Below are positions 1-13,000 of a DNA stretch of 64,000 bases, piece after piece. How positions within the stretch are numbered: position 1 is the first letter of the stretch; each line of letters starts with the position of its first letter. Location of the stretch: assembly GCA_020137815.1 (NCBI GenBank), contig CM035358.1, positions 2,852,001-2,916,000 of the forward strand. Reading direction: 5' to 3'. A program made the translations under genes and the position numbers. The notes below the pieces were generated by a model. The model worked only from the letters and a program-made list of their open reading frames with translations, did not search any database and had not been told where the DNA came from. This stretch comes from Hormiphora californensis. Lineage: Eukaryota > Animalia > Ctenophora.

Positions 1-3000
1 AAAATAATGGCACAGTATTATTGAGACAGAGCTCTGTGTGACACTGAATAGTGAATACTGGTCGGGTACTGATCATTCATTACCATAATTGTAGTATAGG
101 GTTTCATTTAGTACTGTGTTTATAGGTTACTAGGGTACGTGCTTTTAGTAACAACATTAACAGCATAATGAGCCCTAGCAGCAGTTATCTGCTGACCACC
201 TGTCTCTCTTCCTTTCTCTCTGCCCTCTTCGCTCGGTCCCCTCTTTATCTCCCTATATTATCATAAAATATGCATAAGATATTCTGAATAATAAGATAAT
301 AATCTAATAACCTAGCCAATAACATTTTCTTAAGAAGTATACTACGCTCTGTGCGTGTTTTAATAGTACATTCCGTGTTTGCTACTACATTAACATGCAG
401 GGAATTACTTGCTAATAAACTTCTCCTGCCACTTCCCCAAACCACTTTACTTTTTTAATTTTCTCTCATTCTCCTCACCTCTCTCATTCCCTCACCTTTC
501 TCTCTCTTTCTCTCTCCCCTTCGTGTACATGTCGGACATTTGAATGAATTTGTCCAGAAGGTGAAAGGAAAGCGCGGCTAGTAGCCGAGCTACTTAGCCT
601 TCTGCAGAGGGCAGAGAGAGAGGGAGGGAGAAATACAGGGAGAGAGAAATGCGGAGAGAAAGAATAATGAGACTAGGTTCACACAGTAGGTATACACGTA
701 GACTTGTATGCAGATGGGCTTATGTATAATTTATGTACGATGAAACGGTCTTATAAGAGAGGGGGGGGGTTAACCTTTGTGTACGGTGTTTACATACTGA
801 TAAATTTTCAAAGGAAATATGCGATCTAATCTGCTGCATCTTTCCGGACCGTTATGTGGATCTTTATGTGGATTTATCTACATTTTAGTGAGCTAGAGGG
901 TGAAGATATGAAATGAGTTGTATAGACAAAATATACTCACCACACAGGACATACACACACGCCCAATCAAAGTGCAAGCCACACCGCTACTGAACTAACA
1001 CGCCGAGAAAAATAGGAGTGGAGAGAGAGAGAGAAAGAGAAAGGGAGTGAGAGAGACAGAGAGAGAAAAAAAACCTCTTGAATATGAACACCCAACCCAC
1101 ATCCGTATGCGTTTTCAATGCATTGTATGTCTGAAACTACTGTCTAAAAGGCATAGAGGAGGGGAGTGGGGAGGGATATACAGGACAAAGGGGAGTAGTC
1201 TTGAGAGATAATAAAATTGCGGTCCATTATCGATAAGTACAAACCACATAAAACACTTTAAATACCGGCGATAAAACGCACAAAGGGTTATCTTACTAAT
1301 GGCACCACTAAGTGGATCTCAATCAAGCTTAGACCACGAACAGATGATATATCTTTGATTTATCGTTGATATGTCACGTCCATTATATATGTCTTAAAAT
1401 CTAGTGACCATTAAAAACACTAAACAGTACACATACAGCAATATTTTACCAAATTGGAAGCAGCAGTTACACTCACCGAAATGGCGAGAGGTTGAGTACA
1501 ATAATCCTCGGTCGTTTGTAAGTTTTGGTCGTCAAAGGAGGGACCATACTTGGCGGGTGGAGCAAGCCATTTTGCAACAAAATACAACGAGGGGTCCTGT
1601 GCTAAATTCGACTCAAGAGACTTTCCGCCTCCTGCACATGCGGCTGTTTTCATCCAACGCGACTTTTGCATAGCTTGATTCAAAGTGACGCGCACGCTCG
1701 CTTATTTTAATGCGTCGCGCTATTTTGCAGTGAAATATAAAACATCCCGCGGCGTCCGCATCGGCATTACGAAATATTTCTTCGTATCGTTTTTTCTTCA
1801 GGAGTGGTGGATTGTGAAGCCACTCTTGTTGTGTCCCTCTCCCACCTTCTCCGTGTGCCAACACAACACTATACTGGTACACCCGCACTGCACAGTCGTG
1901 TTCCATTTTTTCCGATTTTTTCTTCCGTTTTCCGGATTTTTTGAAAAAATCTCAAAATGAAAACAAAATTCAGGTTCTTCAGTTGCAAAGCGCTGCCTTA
2001 TCCCGCTATCGGGGGCCAGCAATGTTTGCCAAGTTCTTCAGACAATCTGGCATTTCACCACAACCCACAGTCACGAAGAATAAGGTAATAGCAACCTCTG
2101 AGTCCTGTCACGCCCTTTCTGTCGTCACCAGACCCCGTTTGGCGTATGCAGTGCAGTCTGCAGGTCGGTGCCGGCAAGCGTTAAAATCTGGGTGTTTCGT
2201 GAGTGCTGACAAACGGGTTTTCAGGTTTTGGACTAAAGTAGGGTTTGGATTGGGGTTAGGCCTTGACATTTCTTACCAGATAAACTTTGAATTAGCCAAA
2301 ACGGTTGAGTGGTTTGGCGGTTAGAGCCATTTTAGTGAATAGACAGAATCAGATAGAATCAACTTTTTTGGCAGTGCGCAGTGCGCACTGCGCACCTGTA
2401 AACAGGCTACCAAACACCCAGATCGTAACGGCGCACGTCGGTGCCACCAGACAGGCCAACTCATAGATGATAGAACGACTACAGGAGCCAGGAGGCGTAC
2501 TACGTCACGGTCATACCATTATCCCAAAATCGGTTGATCAGCCGACGAAAAAACTTTCCGACCAGTTGAATTGTTCACATTTTCTTTTTACACAGTTTCA
2601 AGCGACTCAACAGACCAGTGGGCAGTGGGAAAGACTTTTAGTTCATAGAGGGTTCCTAGATATACTTCTTCTGAAAAAGCTGTTTTCTTTCTCAACAAGT
2701 TTTCTTTCTTAATTCGATGTAGAAAGAGTTTAAATGAGGTAAACTTTGTTGCTAATTTTCTATTTCTGCCATAATAATTATTATCCTTCCTATAAACTCC
2801 CGTTGTAAGGCCCCCAGACTATAAAAAGTGTTTTGAGTTACTAAGTTTAGAGGCAGTCCTTTGTTCTCTAGAATAACGCGTCTGTCCTATGCCGGAAACA
2901 ACTAAACAATGGGATAAAACACGCTCTCCAGTCTCGGCTAAACACAGTCTCAGTTTATATTTGTTTCTTCATCTTGCATCAACATCTTTATCAGGCTAGG

Positions 3001-3186
3001 GATCTACTAACTTTAACACCTTTTTCCCCTCTGAAGTGAAAGGGCCTTATTGTGAACAATGCCGGTGGTAGTCCATCATTAACACGTCTTGTAACTAAAG
3101 ATTTTTCACACATATCAATGGCACCTTTAGTCAGAACAGCTATTTAAAAAGCCCCTCCCATCTCTCACACATTCACCGATTCAACA

Positions 3187-4224
3187 ATGAAGATAGCTGT
3201 AGTGATCATTGGAGCTCTTCTCCTTATCTCCGTTTCTGCACGACGTGGTGGTGGCGGTGGTCACGATGGTGGCAGGGACAGGGACGACCAAGACCATCAT
3301 GATCGGGACAGGGACGACCAAGACCGTCCTCGACCACCCCCTCGAGGCCCCATGATCAAGAACCCCAGGAAGGTGAAAGCGGAACAGGGAGGAAAAGCCA
3401 TTCTGAAGTTCGCCATCATGGGAGGAAAGCCCCTGGACGCCACCAAGGTTTCTATCGTCAAAATGCTGCCAGGTGGATTTGAAACTGAGAGCAGGTTTGA
3501 GTTCAAACTAGCTGAACTTGACTCCGAGGATATCGAGGGACGGTTCGAGCATGTTTTGGTGGGAAAGGCTGCTCTTGGGAATGTGACATGTAACGATCAG
3601 GCCCGATACAGGATCAAGTACACTTGTGGAAAGAAGGAGGAGGAGGAGGAGGAGATGTTCGAGCGAGATGTGGATGTGGAGAAATCCGGACATGGAGGTC
3701 GTCAGGGACACTTTGGGTTGATGGTTGAGGATTGTCCCCGACCCACCCGGGAACCCCGATATTTGAAGCGAGAGTCTGTTTCCGCACCTTCCATCCGAGT
3801 GAGGCCAGTCCACCAGGGACAAACTGATGGAAAGGTTATCGTCGACTTCTGGATCTACGGAAATGACGCTCTGGACGAGGACTGCTGTCAGCATTGTTAA
3901 ACTTGGCAGGGATAAGACTGAGGAGGAATCTCGATTTGTCTTCAAGCTGGCCACCGAGGAGACGGATGGAGGAAGGTATTCTGTCATCATGAAGGGACGA
4001 GCTGCAATGGATAACCTTGCTTGTGAGGACATGTCCAGGTATCTTGTAAATACGGTGAGTACGCTTCTGGAAACTTCTCTGTACTCATTGTGGATTGTAT
4101 GGAGCCTCGACCTACTCGGGAGCCTCGACCTACCCGGGAGCCTCGACCTACTCGGGAACCACGACCTACTCGGGAGCCCCGACCTGCAGAAAAGCGAAAT
4201 CCTGGCCCTGAATTCTGGTATTAA
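3187..4224 (+). CDS. Intronless secreted protein with two internally repeated Ig-like domains and an (EPRPTR)n tail; two compensating frameshifts in this sequence
   Basis: Signal peptide MKIAVVIIGALLLISVSA. Domain 1 (LDATKVSIVK..ESRFEFKLA..GKAALGNVTCNDQARYRIKY) aligns with domain 2 (LD/RTAVSIVK..ESRFVFKLA..GRAAMDNLACEDMSRYLV/KY) only with a +1 shift near 3877 and a -1 shift near 4049. Frame 1 resumes at 4051 and ends at TAA 4222-4224. TATA-like tatttaaaaa near 3141. The Ig-like call is by eye. Confidence 0.65.
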
Positions 4225-4907
4225 TCTGCTTGCGTAAAATTGAGATTCCTTGTTGTTATTTTCTACAGATCTTATAAAACGATCATGCATCACACCAAGT
4301 ACCTACCACATTGCTACATCATACAAGTACCATATCATTCATGCCATCACTATAATAACGGGGTACCGCATCAATCATATTTCTGATGAATTTCATTGTC
4401 GTGGCGGCATTTTCTTGATCTTAGCGAATGTATGTACATCACACTATAATACACTGGGTTTATCGGTATGAAATAATATGCCTTATAAGAGGGGCATGAT
4501 ATATTGGAAGGTGCAAGCCAGCTAAGTAAACTGGAATTAGGAGAGAATTGGGGGCGTGTCTGTAGTGTGGCATCATACCTCTCTCTCTCCTTGTATCATA
4601 CCTCTCTCTCCTTGTATTGTATTGTGACAATGTGACCTTCCCCCTCTGAGCGTGTACTGATTTAGTGAACATTATATGTTGCCTTAGAGCATATCTTTAG
4701 TCCACTTCTTCGATTTGTTTCTGCATCTTAGTCCTTAGATAGTCTCATTTTGGCTCATTCACATGCTTCTTGAATCTTGATTCATCATAGTTCGTCTCCC
4801 CGAGTCCCAAATGCTTTTTGAAGCTTGGTTCTAAGCCCTAAGGTAGTTGTCGGGTTGTTCGTGATCCTAATTCTGGTACCATCATAGTGTTTTGAGCTGG
4901 TGGGGTC

Positions 4908-7900
4908 ATGGAGGCTGGTTACTTCATAGGACTCTTCAGAGACAACCTTCAACGTAATAAGATTAGTGCTAGGACCAGTATCATTCTAAACATGTTATAT
5001 TCTGCATGTGACCCAGTCAGGGGTAAACATCTCCAATTCTGAAACACATTCCTAATCTTCAGAGGCTCTACCGAAATACAAGACTATCGATGGAAGTATA
5101 GAACGACTCAACCGTAGAACATTAGCTACCATATTCTTTGTTCTAAGTAAGCAAACCACGTGTGTTCAAGTTGACACTTTCTGTAATTTACTAACTGATA
5201 CCATGTTCAAGTCGAGACTGTAATTTACTAACTGATACCATGTTCAAGTTAGAATTAGAATTCACTGACTAAATTGTGAAAACTAACTTGATTTAGTAGG
5301 GACTGATCTACTAAATCTAACCTCAGGTGTTTTAAGTATTGAGGATGGGTTGCTAGGTAACAGGATAACATGTATGGGTTTTACTATTTTTAAAAACGAA
5401 GATTTTGTTAGGGTAAGTTTCTACACAATCCAAGAACAGTTTCTTTAATCGCGAATTCATCATTACATTGGCTTGTTCTCTACCTTCATTTACTTGCATG
5501 TAGATTCATATATTAAAATCCACTATGGTATGAGCTGTCCCACTGTGCAGGATTATTGTTGGACCCAGGGTATATTTACTAACCGGTACGCCTACGACAG
5601 ACCTCCCGATTCCATGCCTGCACCCGGTGTCATACCCTGTATCAGGTAATAAGATCATTGTTTTTATATTATATGTGAGCTAGAGCTGTCACAATATATA
5701 CTGCGGTATAGGCAAGCAAACACTCGTCGTGTAGATTAGTACACTCATTTGTACTCTAAAACATGTTTGAAGTTGTGAAACACACATGGTGGTATAAAGC
5801 TAAATTCAGCTGGGATTACCCTTGGATCCATCGCATCCTATTCTCGCTCTGCGAATAATAGGATCCCGGTCCGTTGAGAGCAAGAACTCACGTGCGCGCG
5901 ATATTAAAGCACGTTTTCAGCAGATCGCGCGTGATAGACCGTTTTTGGAGACCTTTTTAGCTGACCTAGCACTACTCAAAGGTCAATTATGGCCTCATTT
6001 TGCATCGTGATGAATCGGCGGGTATTTTCCCATACTCACAAGGCCATGACGATTCCCCCAGTACCCGCAGATTGTCCCAGGACCGAGTAGGAGCTTGCAG
6101 CCAGGTCTTAAATTAATTGCTCATGTTTAGCGTCAATTTTGACCCACTATTCCTCAAATGCTGATACTCGCGGGTATTTTCCGTAAAACTAGAGACAATT
6201 ATCTGCCAGGAGCAACAAACGAGATGCAAATCGGTTCGGTAGTTCCTTGCAGCCAGGTCTTTGAAAAAGTTTGCTCTAAAATCAATAACGCGCCGGAGGC
6301 CTAGATGTGAGATCGATCTCACTCAGGCATCAATGTGGCCAAGGATTACCCAATCTTGCCTTGCTTAACCCTCTTTCCGCGTGCTCTGCGGGTTTGAACA
6401 ACAAAACAAACCCTATCTAACTGCAGGTCTATAGACGGGTACAAGTGTTCCAATGAGGAACAAAAGAAGCAGATAGTGTTTCATCTGTGGTACCAGTGGG
6501 TTCCAATGTTCTTTATACTCAGTGCTGGCATCTTCTACCTTCCTTATATCAGTAAGTAACAACCAGGAACCGACCGGACCAAGTAAACAATCAATCAGAG
6601 CTCGTTATTTAGGTCACGTGACTGGTTATCAGCCAATCAGGGACCAGTATTTCCTGATTCGGTTCTATTTTGTTGTTAGTGTTGCCACGTGAAATGTCTC
6701 AACTCACGAGAGAGGAGGTACAACCTAAACTACATATATTTCAAGATCCAACTCATTTCAGTAACCCGTGGATCCATAGTGGGTAAATTGTCACGGTTTG
6801 TGGACAGCCTCCAGAAACCAGATGATTTAGTTGGGGAGGGAGGATCGGCAGAACGGCTGGGGAAACTTCTCTACTATTGGATCGATATGAATCTTCAAAA
6901 ACGGTTCGTGATTGCCTTATATTTGTCCAAACATTTTCGATCTGAAAGGCCCGGTACATCGATGGCCAAACGTGCTATTGTTTGTTTAGACTGTGATACC
7001 ACGCAATTCCAATTTGCAATTCCAACCTTTCAGATACCAGGCGAATCCCTTTGTTCAGTTTACAGTTCCATTTGTTCAGCTCCTAACTAAAGCGGCCTAT
7101 CTAGCTGTTTCTACTGGACATTTCTATGTAACAGGTAGGTTTGAGTTTGAACCTTCGAGGGGTATCTAAATGATGGTATAATATCACTCGCGAACTGTTC
7201 TTCAAACAGCTGTCATATCATAATTGGTAACCTAATCTGTCTTCTACCTACTCTGTGACAGAGGCTCTGTCTCCTACCTCTACATTATCTTTCTGATTTT
7301 GTACTATTTCTCCTACATCATCTCTCTTGCCCCAACTACGAACACAATCGTCTCTCTTGCCCCCAACTACTAACGTACAATCGTCTCTCTTGCCGGCCCA
7401 ACTACTAACACACTCATCTCTCTTGCCTTCAACTACTAACGTACAATCCTACAGGTCTGATGTTTCCCATTGGAAATTACTACAGGCTGGGTATAACCTG
7501 GCACATTGCCGAGACTGATAACTACACTCATGTGGGTGATGTCTTGTTCCCCAAAATGGCCGGGTGTCTGGTCCAGAAGTACACCAGTTCAGGTCAGTCA
7601 AAACATTCTGAGTCCCTGTCACACTTCTTTTTATTTTTTGTTGTTGTCAACTACACGAACTACGACGATATATTAAATCTGTGAAGTTAGACCACCGTTT
7701 TCTATCCTTTGAACGACTAATAAGTAACCAAGCCCCTGTATGTCACTGTGTACTGCACTTTGAACGGCGTGTTGATATTGATTTCCTAATGCAGGTATAA
7801 GCCAGGAGGCGGGTATGTGTAACCTAGCTCCTAACGTAGTGTTCCAGTATCTCTTCCTGATAACATGGTGGTGTGTTGCAATCATAACCGGTGAGTTGTT

Positions 7901-9566
7901 TTGGCAGGAACCGACCGAAACAAGTAAACAACCAATCAGAAATCGTTATATAGGTCACGTGACTAGTTATCAGCCAATCAGGGACCAGTGTTTCCTGATT
8001 CGATCGGTTCCTGTTTTTTGACAGCTGCTGTTTGAACGAAACAAGAGTTTGTAACACTGGCATCTGATTCTTGTTGTGATGGGTTGACCAATACCCTTCC
8101 ATTAGTCATATAGTTTTTACTAGCGAAGTAACTACCCTCCGACCTCTTTTCAGCTCTCAATCTGCTGAGTCTACTAAAGGGTATAGGAGAGTTGTTTGTC
8201 CATCAGTTTATCTACAAGATCTTTAAACACGACCTAGATGTATCGTATGATAGGAGCAATGGCCAAAGTAGCACAGAATACAGAGGTAAACAATCATACT
8301 ACTTACTAAGCAAATTGTGTGACAGAGATCACCTAGCAACTACACTTGCACGTGCAATTATTAGAGAGACCTGGAGATCTCTCTCCCGGTTGCAGTTGGG
8401 TACCAAGGGGAAATTCAATTCTGCACGTGCATTCTTTTACTTCTGTCCTGATGTCTAGCTCTTCCACCCCAAGCGCTATTCGGCAACGGTTATATGGGTC
8501 CAGAAGATCTGCTGCTGTCAGAGAGCAGGCTAGAGAATATGACAGATTACGCCAACGTGTTCAAGTGAGCCAATCAACGACTACGGATAGCTTTACCCAA
8601 CGTCGCCCAAGGGTGATTACTCCAGTCGAATAAAGAAATCTCCGAATCGGCTACGTAGCGGCCAAGTTTTCACGTGATGAATTTCTGGAACAGCACTGCA
8701 TCAGGCACCTCCATGACATTGATCTCTTAAATTCGGACCTTGACATTGTCAGGAAGCCCAGAGCGTACAACAACATGAGTAGGGAGAAAGTGAGAGATAG
8801 GCTAGGAACGGATGGTGCAGGTGATGTCAGCGTTCCCTAATCCAGTTACCATTTCCCCGAAATTCGCCCGTAGGGCGAACGGGCCTACTAGTAGTTTATT
8901 ATGGGATTTAGTGTGGGAGGATAATAATTGATATTTAATTCCATGATTACATATTTAATTGTCCGTATCACCGAATACTTTCACCATTACAAAAATCTCA
9001 CTGATAAAGATTTCAATTTCAGGTCCAACAAAGGATGATACTCAGATAATATTCGCGTATTATGACCTCAGTTCCCACATTATGTTTCACCTAATTTCTG
9101 ACAACGTTCATCCTGCTATTCTCGCTCTCGGGCTTAGGTATGTGTTCGCCGTTCGGATGACCGTTCTTGGACTCGCTATTTTGTAATGGGTTGCATTGGT
9201 CATTGAGTATGGTCTACCCGCTCTTATCCACACACGACATGGCGAGAGAGTGCAGCGTAGGAGGGGGTAGAGACAAGGGGGACCTTGTACCCAAGGTTGG
9301 TCAATGGTTGCAATGTTTAATCTCATTTCCTTCCATACAGGTTCACAGCAGAGCGGATACGAGACGAGATGGGACGAGATGAGGAACTTCGTCAATTCGT
9401 TATGTCGAGAATTCACGAACATGGTGGTCACAATGGAGAGAGTTCTGGTGGTAACCATGGCAACCAACCAGGGGGCAGGGGGATATCGTTAAATGCAGTC
9501 CGTAAGGGCTATAAATCGTTGTTACCAAAGACTAAGAAATTGAAAGACGGTTCGACGCAGTTGTAG
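4908..9566 (+). CDS. inx: Innexin (gap-junction/pannexin superfamily), paralog 1, 12 coding exons
   Basis: Exons 4908-4953, 5063-5146, 5327-5412, 5551-5645, 6427-6551, 6762-6903, 7034-7134, 7455-7592, 7795-7890, 8154-8285, 9023-9137, 9341-9566 join in frame with GT-AG introns. Motifs ITC..DYCWTQG, HLWYQWVP, LFPKMAGC, MCNLAPNVVFQYLFL. Confidence 0.93.
5822..6342. mobile_element. Non-autonomous DNA transposon remnant in innexin-1 intron 4
   Basis: Flanked by a 9-bp direct repeat ggattaccc (5813-5821 and 6343-6351), short inverted ends (ttggatcca / tggccaa), and an internal ~150-bp duplication. Confidence 0.4.
6564..6665. mobile_element. ~105-bp hAT-like MITE, copy 1 (right end degenerate)
   Basis: caggaaccgacc...gtcacgtgac...cctgattcggttc; near-identical copy at 7905-8013. 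Confidence 0.75.
7318..7450 (+). repeat. 4 x ~33-nt tandem repeat containing branch-point consensus TACTAAC, directly upstream of the acceptor at 7453-7454
   Basis: Unit tcRtctctcttgcc(n)caactactaacRYacaa; three copies carry a perfect TACTAAC. Confidence 0.85.
7905..8013. mobile_element. ~108-bp hAT-like MITE, copy 2
   Basis: TIR caggaaccga...tcggttcctg; degenerate 8-bp TSD (tgttttgg / ttttttga); same terminal sequence as the 21098-22424 element. Confidence 0.8.
8294..8891 (+). mobile_element. Non-autonomous Helitron-like element in innexin-1 intron 10
   Basis: 5' A|TCATACTAC; 3' hairpin gcccgt-agggcga-acgggc followed by CTAG|T; sits between A and T with no TSD; contains an Arg-rich ORF fragment. 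Confidence 0.55.
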
Positions 9567-10011
9567 TAGTGTGTTAATAGTTTTAGATGGTATATTTATT
9601 TGATTGTTTTGAGCTGGTTTTAAGACGAAATATATAATTATTAAGATGTATGTAATTTTGTTTCTATTTTTATTCCAACTTCACCCTCTCCAAAACTATT
9701 TGTATACTTCTTTGTGCCCGAAATAGAACACATGTGCACCACGTGTGTGGGCATGTTTGTTTATCTAATGTCTCTACTCAAATCACAAATGTGACACAGC
9801 ATTTATCCCTCACATCCCCCACAACAGACAGCAGCTTGTTACCACGCGGTGTGTGTGTCGACATTTTGTCTTGTACCTCTGCAGTCTGGGTCTTGTAGAT
9901 ACCAGCTCCTGCCCCAGCTTCAAGCCTGCAGTAGATCTACCCTCCTACAATTGCGTCTTGAGGTGATATCCCGTGATCTTCCCTGCTTGCTGATCATATA
10001 ATATCAGCGTG

Positions 10012-13000
10012 ATGGGTGTCACTTCTCACTACAGGGGAGATGGGTTCTTTACTGGAACTTTCAGGGACATTACTAACAGTAAGTACTTTCTTTGTGAACC
10101 ACTTCCTAAGCTGGGTCTTGCTCTTTACTTTGGCGGCGCAAACCTAATCTGAGCGCACTGTTGCACGCTCACTGCGTCGCTCAGATTAGATTTTGAAACG
10201 GGGTCTAACGGCTTTGTTGTAGCTTTCTGTGTCTCTTTTCCATATCGTTCTCTCCAGGTATCCAGAGGCTAAGTAACCGGTTCCAGTCCATTGACAGCAA
10301 CTTGATGGATTTGTTTTGCGATGAGATCTTCCCTGCTATGATGCTGGCATGTTCTATCATCTCACTGTCTCGGGAGCTACTTGGCAGTAGGCTGACCTGT
10401 ACTGGAAATGAGGCCTTCAAACGGCAATTCGTGAAGGTAATAGTCAGCAATTAGCCAATTATGTGTTAATTGAATCATGATCATACATCCAAATAATGTC
10501 CAACTAACACATGAACTGTGATCATACATCCAACAAGTAAACAGTTTGTCTACATTCGATCTATACATTTCAGGATTATTGCTGGTCTCAGGGGTTGTTC
10601 ACTAACAGATACGCCTATGATCTCCCTGTATCTCAGTTACCTGCTCCTGGTGTTGTACCCTGCATCAGGTGAGGGAACTTAATAAACCTGATATATCACA
10701 CGTAGTATTCAGTAGTCACCGTAACCTTCCATTGTTCAGACAGTCTCGTTCAGATTTTCGGCCTGATCCATTGAAAAACGTCAGTATAACAGTCAAACTC
10801 ACACCACCTCCCCTAGGATAGAAGACAACTACCAGTGCTCACCTAACATCCCCCTCCCTCTAGGATAGAAGACAACTACCAGTGCTCACCTAACATCCCC
10901 CTCCCCCTAGGATAGAAGACAACTACCAGTGCTCACCTAACATCCCCCTCCCCTCTAGGATAGAAGACAACTACCAGTGCTCACCTAACATCCCCCTCCC
11001 CTAGAATAGAAGACAACTACCAGTGCTCACCTAACATCCCCCTCCCCTAGGATAGAAGACAACTACCAGTGCTCTCCTAACATCCCCCTCCCCTCTAGGA
11101 TAGAAGACAACTACCAGTGCTCTACCTAACATCCCCCTCCCCTAGGATAGAAGACAACTACCAGTGCTCACCTAACATCCCCCACCCTCTAGGATAGAAG
11201 ACAACTACCAGTGCTCACCTAACATCCCCCTCCCCTCTAGGATAGAAGACAACTACCAGTGCTCACCTAACATCCCCCCTCCCCTCTAGGATAGAAGACA
11301 ACTACCAGTGCTCACCTAACATCACCCTCCCCTCTAGGATAGAAGACAACTACCAGTGCTCTCCTAACATCCCCCTCCCCCAGGATAGAAGACAACTACC
11401 AGTGCTCTCCTAACATCACCCTCCCCCAGGATAGAAGACAACTACCAGTGCTCTCCTAACATCACCCTCCCCTCTAGGATAGAAGACAACTACCAGTGCT
11501 CACCTAACATCCCCTCTCCCCTCTAGGATAGAAGACAACTACCAGTGCTCACCTAACATCACCCTCCCCTCTAGGATAGAAGACAACTACCAGTGCTCTC
11601 CTAACATCACCCTCCCCTCTAGGATAGAAGACAACTACCAGTGCTCACCTAACATCACCCTCCCCTCTAGGATAGAAGACAACTACCAGTGCTCACCTAA
11701 CATCACCCTCCCCTCTAGGATAGAAGACAACTACCAGTGCTCACCTAACATCCCCCTCCCCTAGGATAGAAGACAACTACCAGTGATCACCTAACATCCC
11801 CCTCCCCTAGGATAGAAGACAACTACCAGTGCTCACCTAACATCACCCTCCCCTAGGATAGAAGACAACTACCAGTGCTCACCTAACATCACCCTCCCCT
11901 CTAGGATAGAAGACAACTACCAGTGCTCACCTAACATCACCCTCCCCTCTAGGATAGAAGACAACTACCAGTGCTCACCTAACATCCCCCCCCCTCTAGG
12001 ATAGAAGACAACTACCAGTGCTCACCTAACATCCCCCTCCCCTAGGATAGAAGACAACTACCAGTGCTCACCTAACATCACCCTCCCCTAGGATAGAAGA
12101 CAACTACCAGTGCTCACCTAACATCCCCTCTCCCCTAGGATAGAAGACAACTACCAGTGCTCACCTAACATCCCCTCCCCTCTAGGATAGAAGACAACTA
12201 CCAGTGCTCACCTAACATCACCCTCCCCTCTAGGATAGAAGACAACTACCAGTGCTCACCTAACATCCCCCTCCCTCCTAGGATAGAAGACAACTACCAG
12301 TGCTCACCTAACATCACCCTCCCCTAGGATAGAAGACAACTACCAGTGCTCACCTAACATCCCCTCTCCCCTAGGATAGAAGACAACTACCAGTGCTCAC
12401 CTAACATCCCCCTCCCCTAGGATAGAAGACAACTACCAGTGCTCACCTAACATCCCCCTCCCCTAGGATAGAAGACAACTACCAGTGCTCACCTAACATC
12501 CCCTCCCCTCTAGGATAGAAGACAACTACCAGTGCTCACCTAACATCCCCTCTCCCCTAGGATAGAAGACAACTACCAGTGCTCACCTAACATCCCCCTC
12601 CCCTCTAGGATAGAAGACAACTACCAGTGCTCACCTAACATCCCCCTCCCCTAGGATAGAAGACAACTACCAGTGCTCACCTAACATCCCCCTCCCTCTA
12701 GGATAGAAGACAACTACCAGTGCTCACCTAACATCCCCCTCCCCTCTAGGATAGAAGACAACTACCAGTGCTCACCTAACATCCCCCTCCCCTCTAGGAT
12801 AGAAGACAACTACCAGTGCTCACCTAACATCCCCCTCCCCTCTAGGATAGAAGACAACTACCAGTGCTCACCTAACATCCCCCTCCCTCTAGGATAGAAG
12901 ACAACTACCAGTGCTCACCTAACATCCCCCTCCCTCTAGGATAGAAGACAACTACCAGTGCTCACCTAACATCCCCCTCCCCTAGGATAGAAGACAACTA

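Noticed and set aside
1-2750. Short ORFs and a possible minus-strand exon near 935-1000
   Set aside because: No consistent reading frame or motif could be assembled; partly repeat-like.
3508-4293. 261-aa minus-strand ORF
   Set aside because: Antisense shadow of the + strand secreted protein gene.
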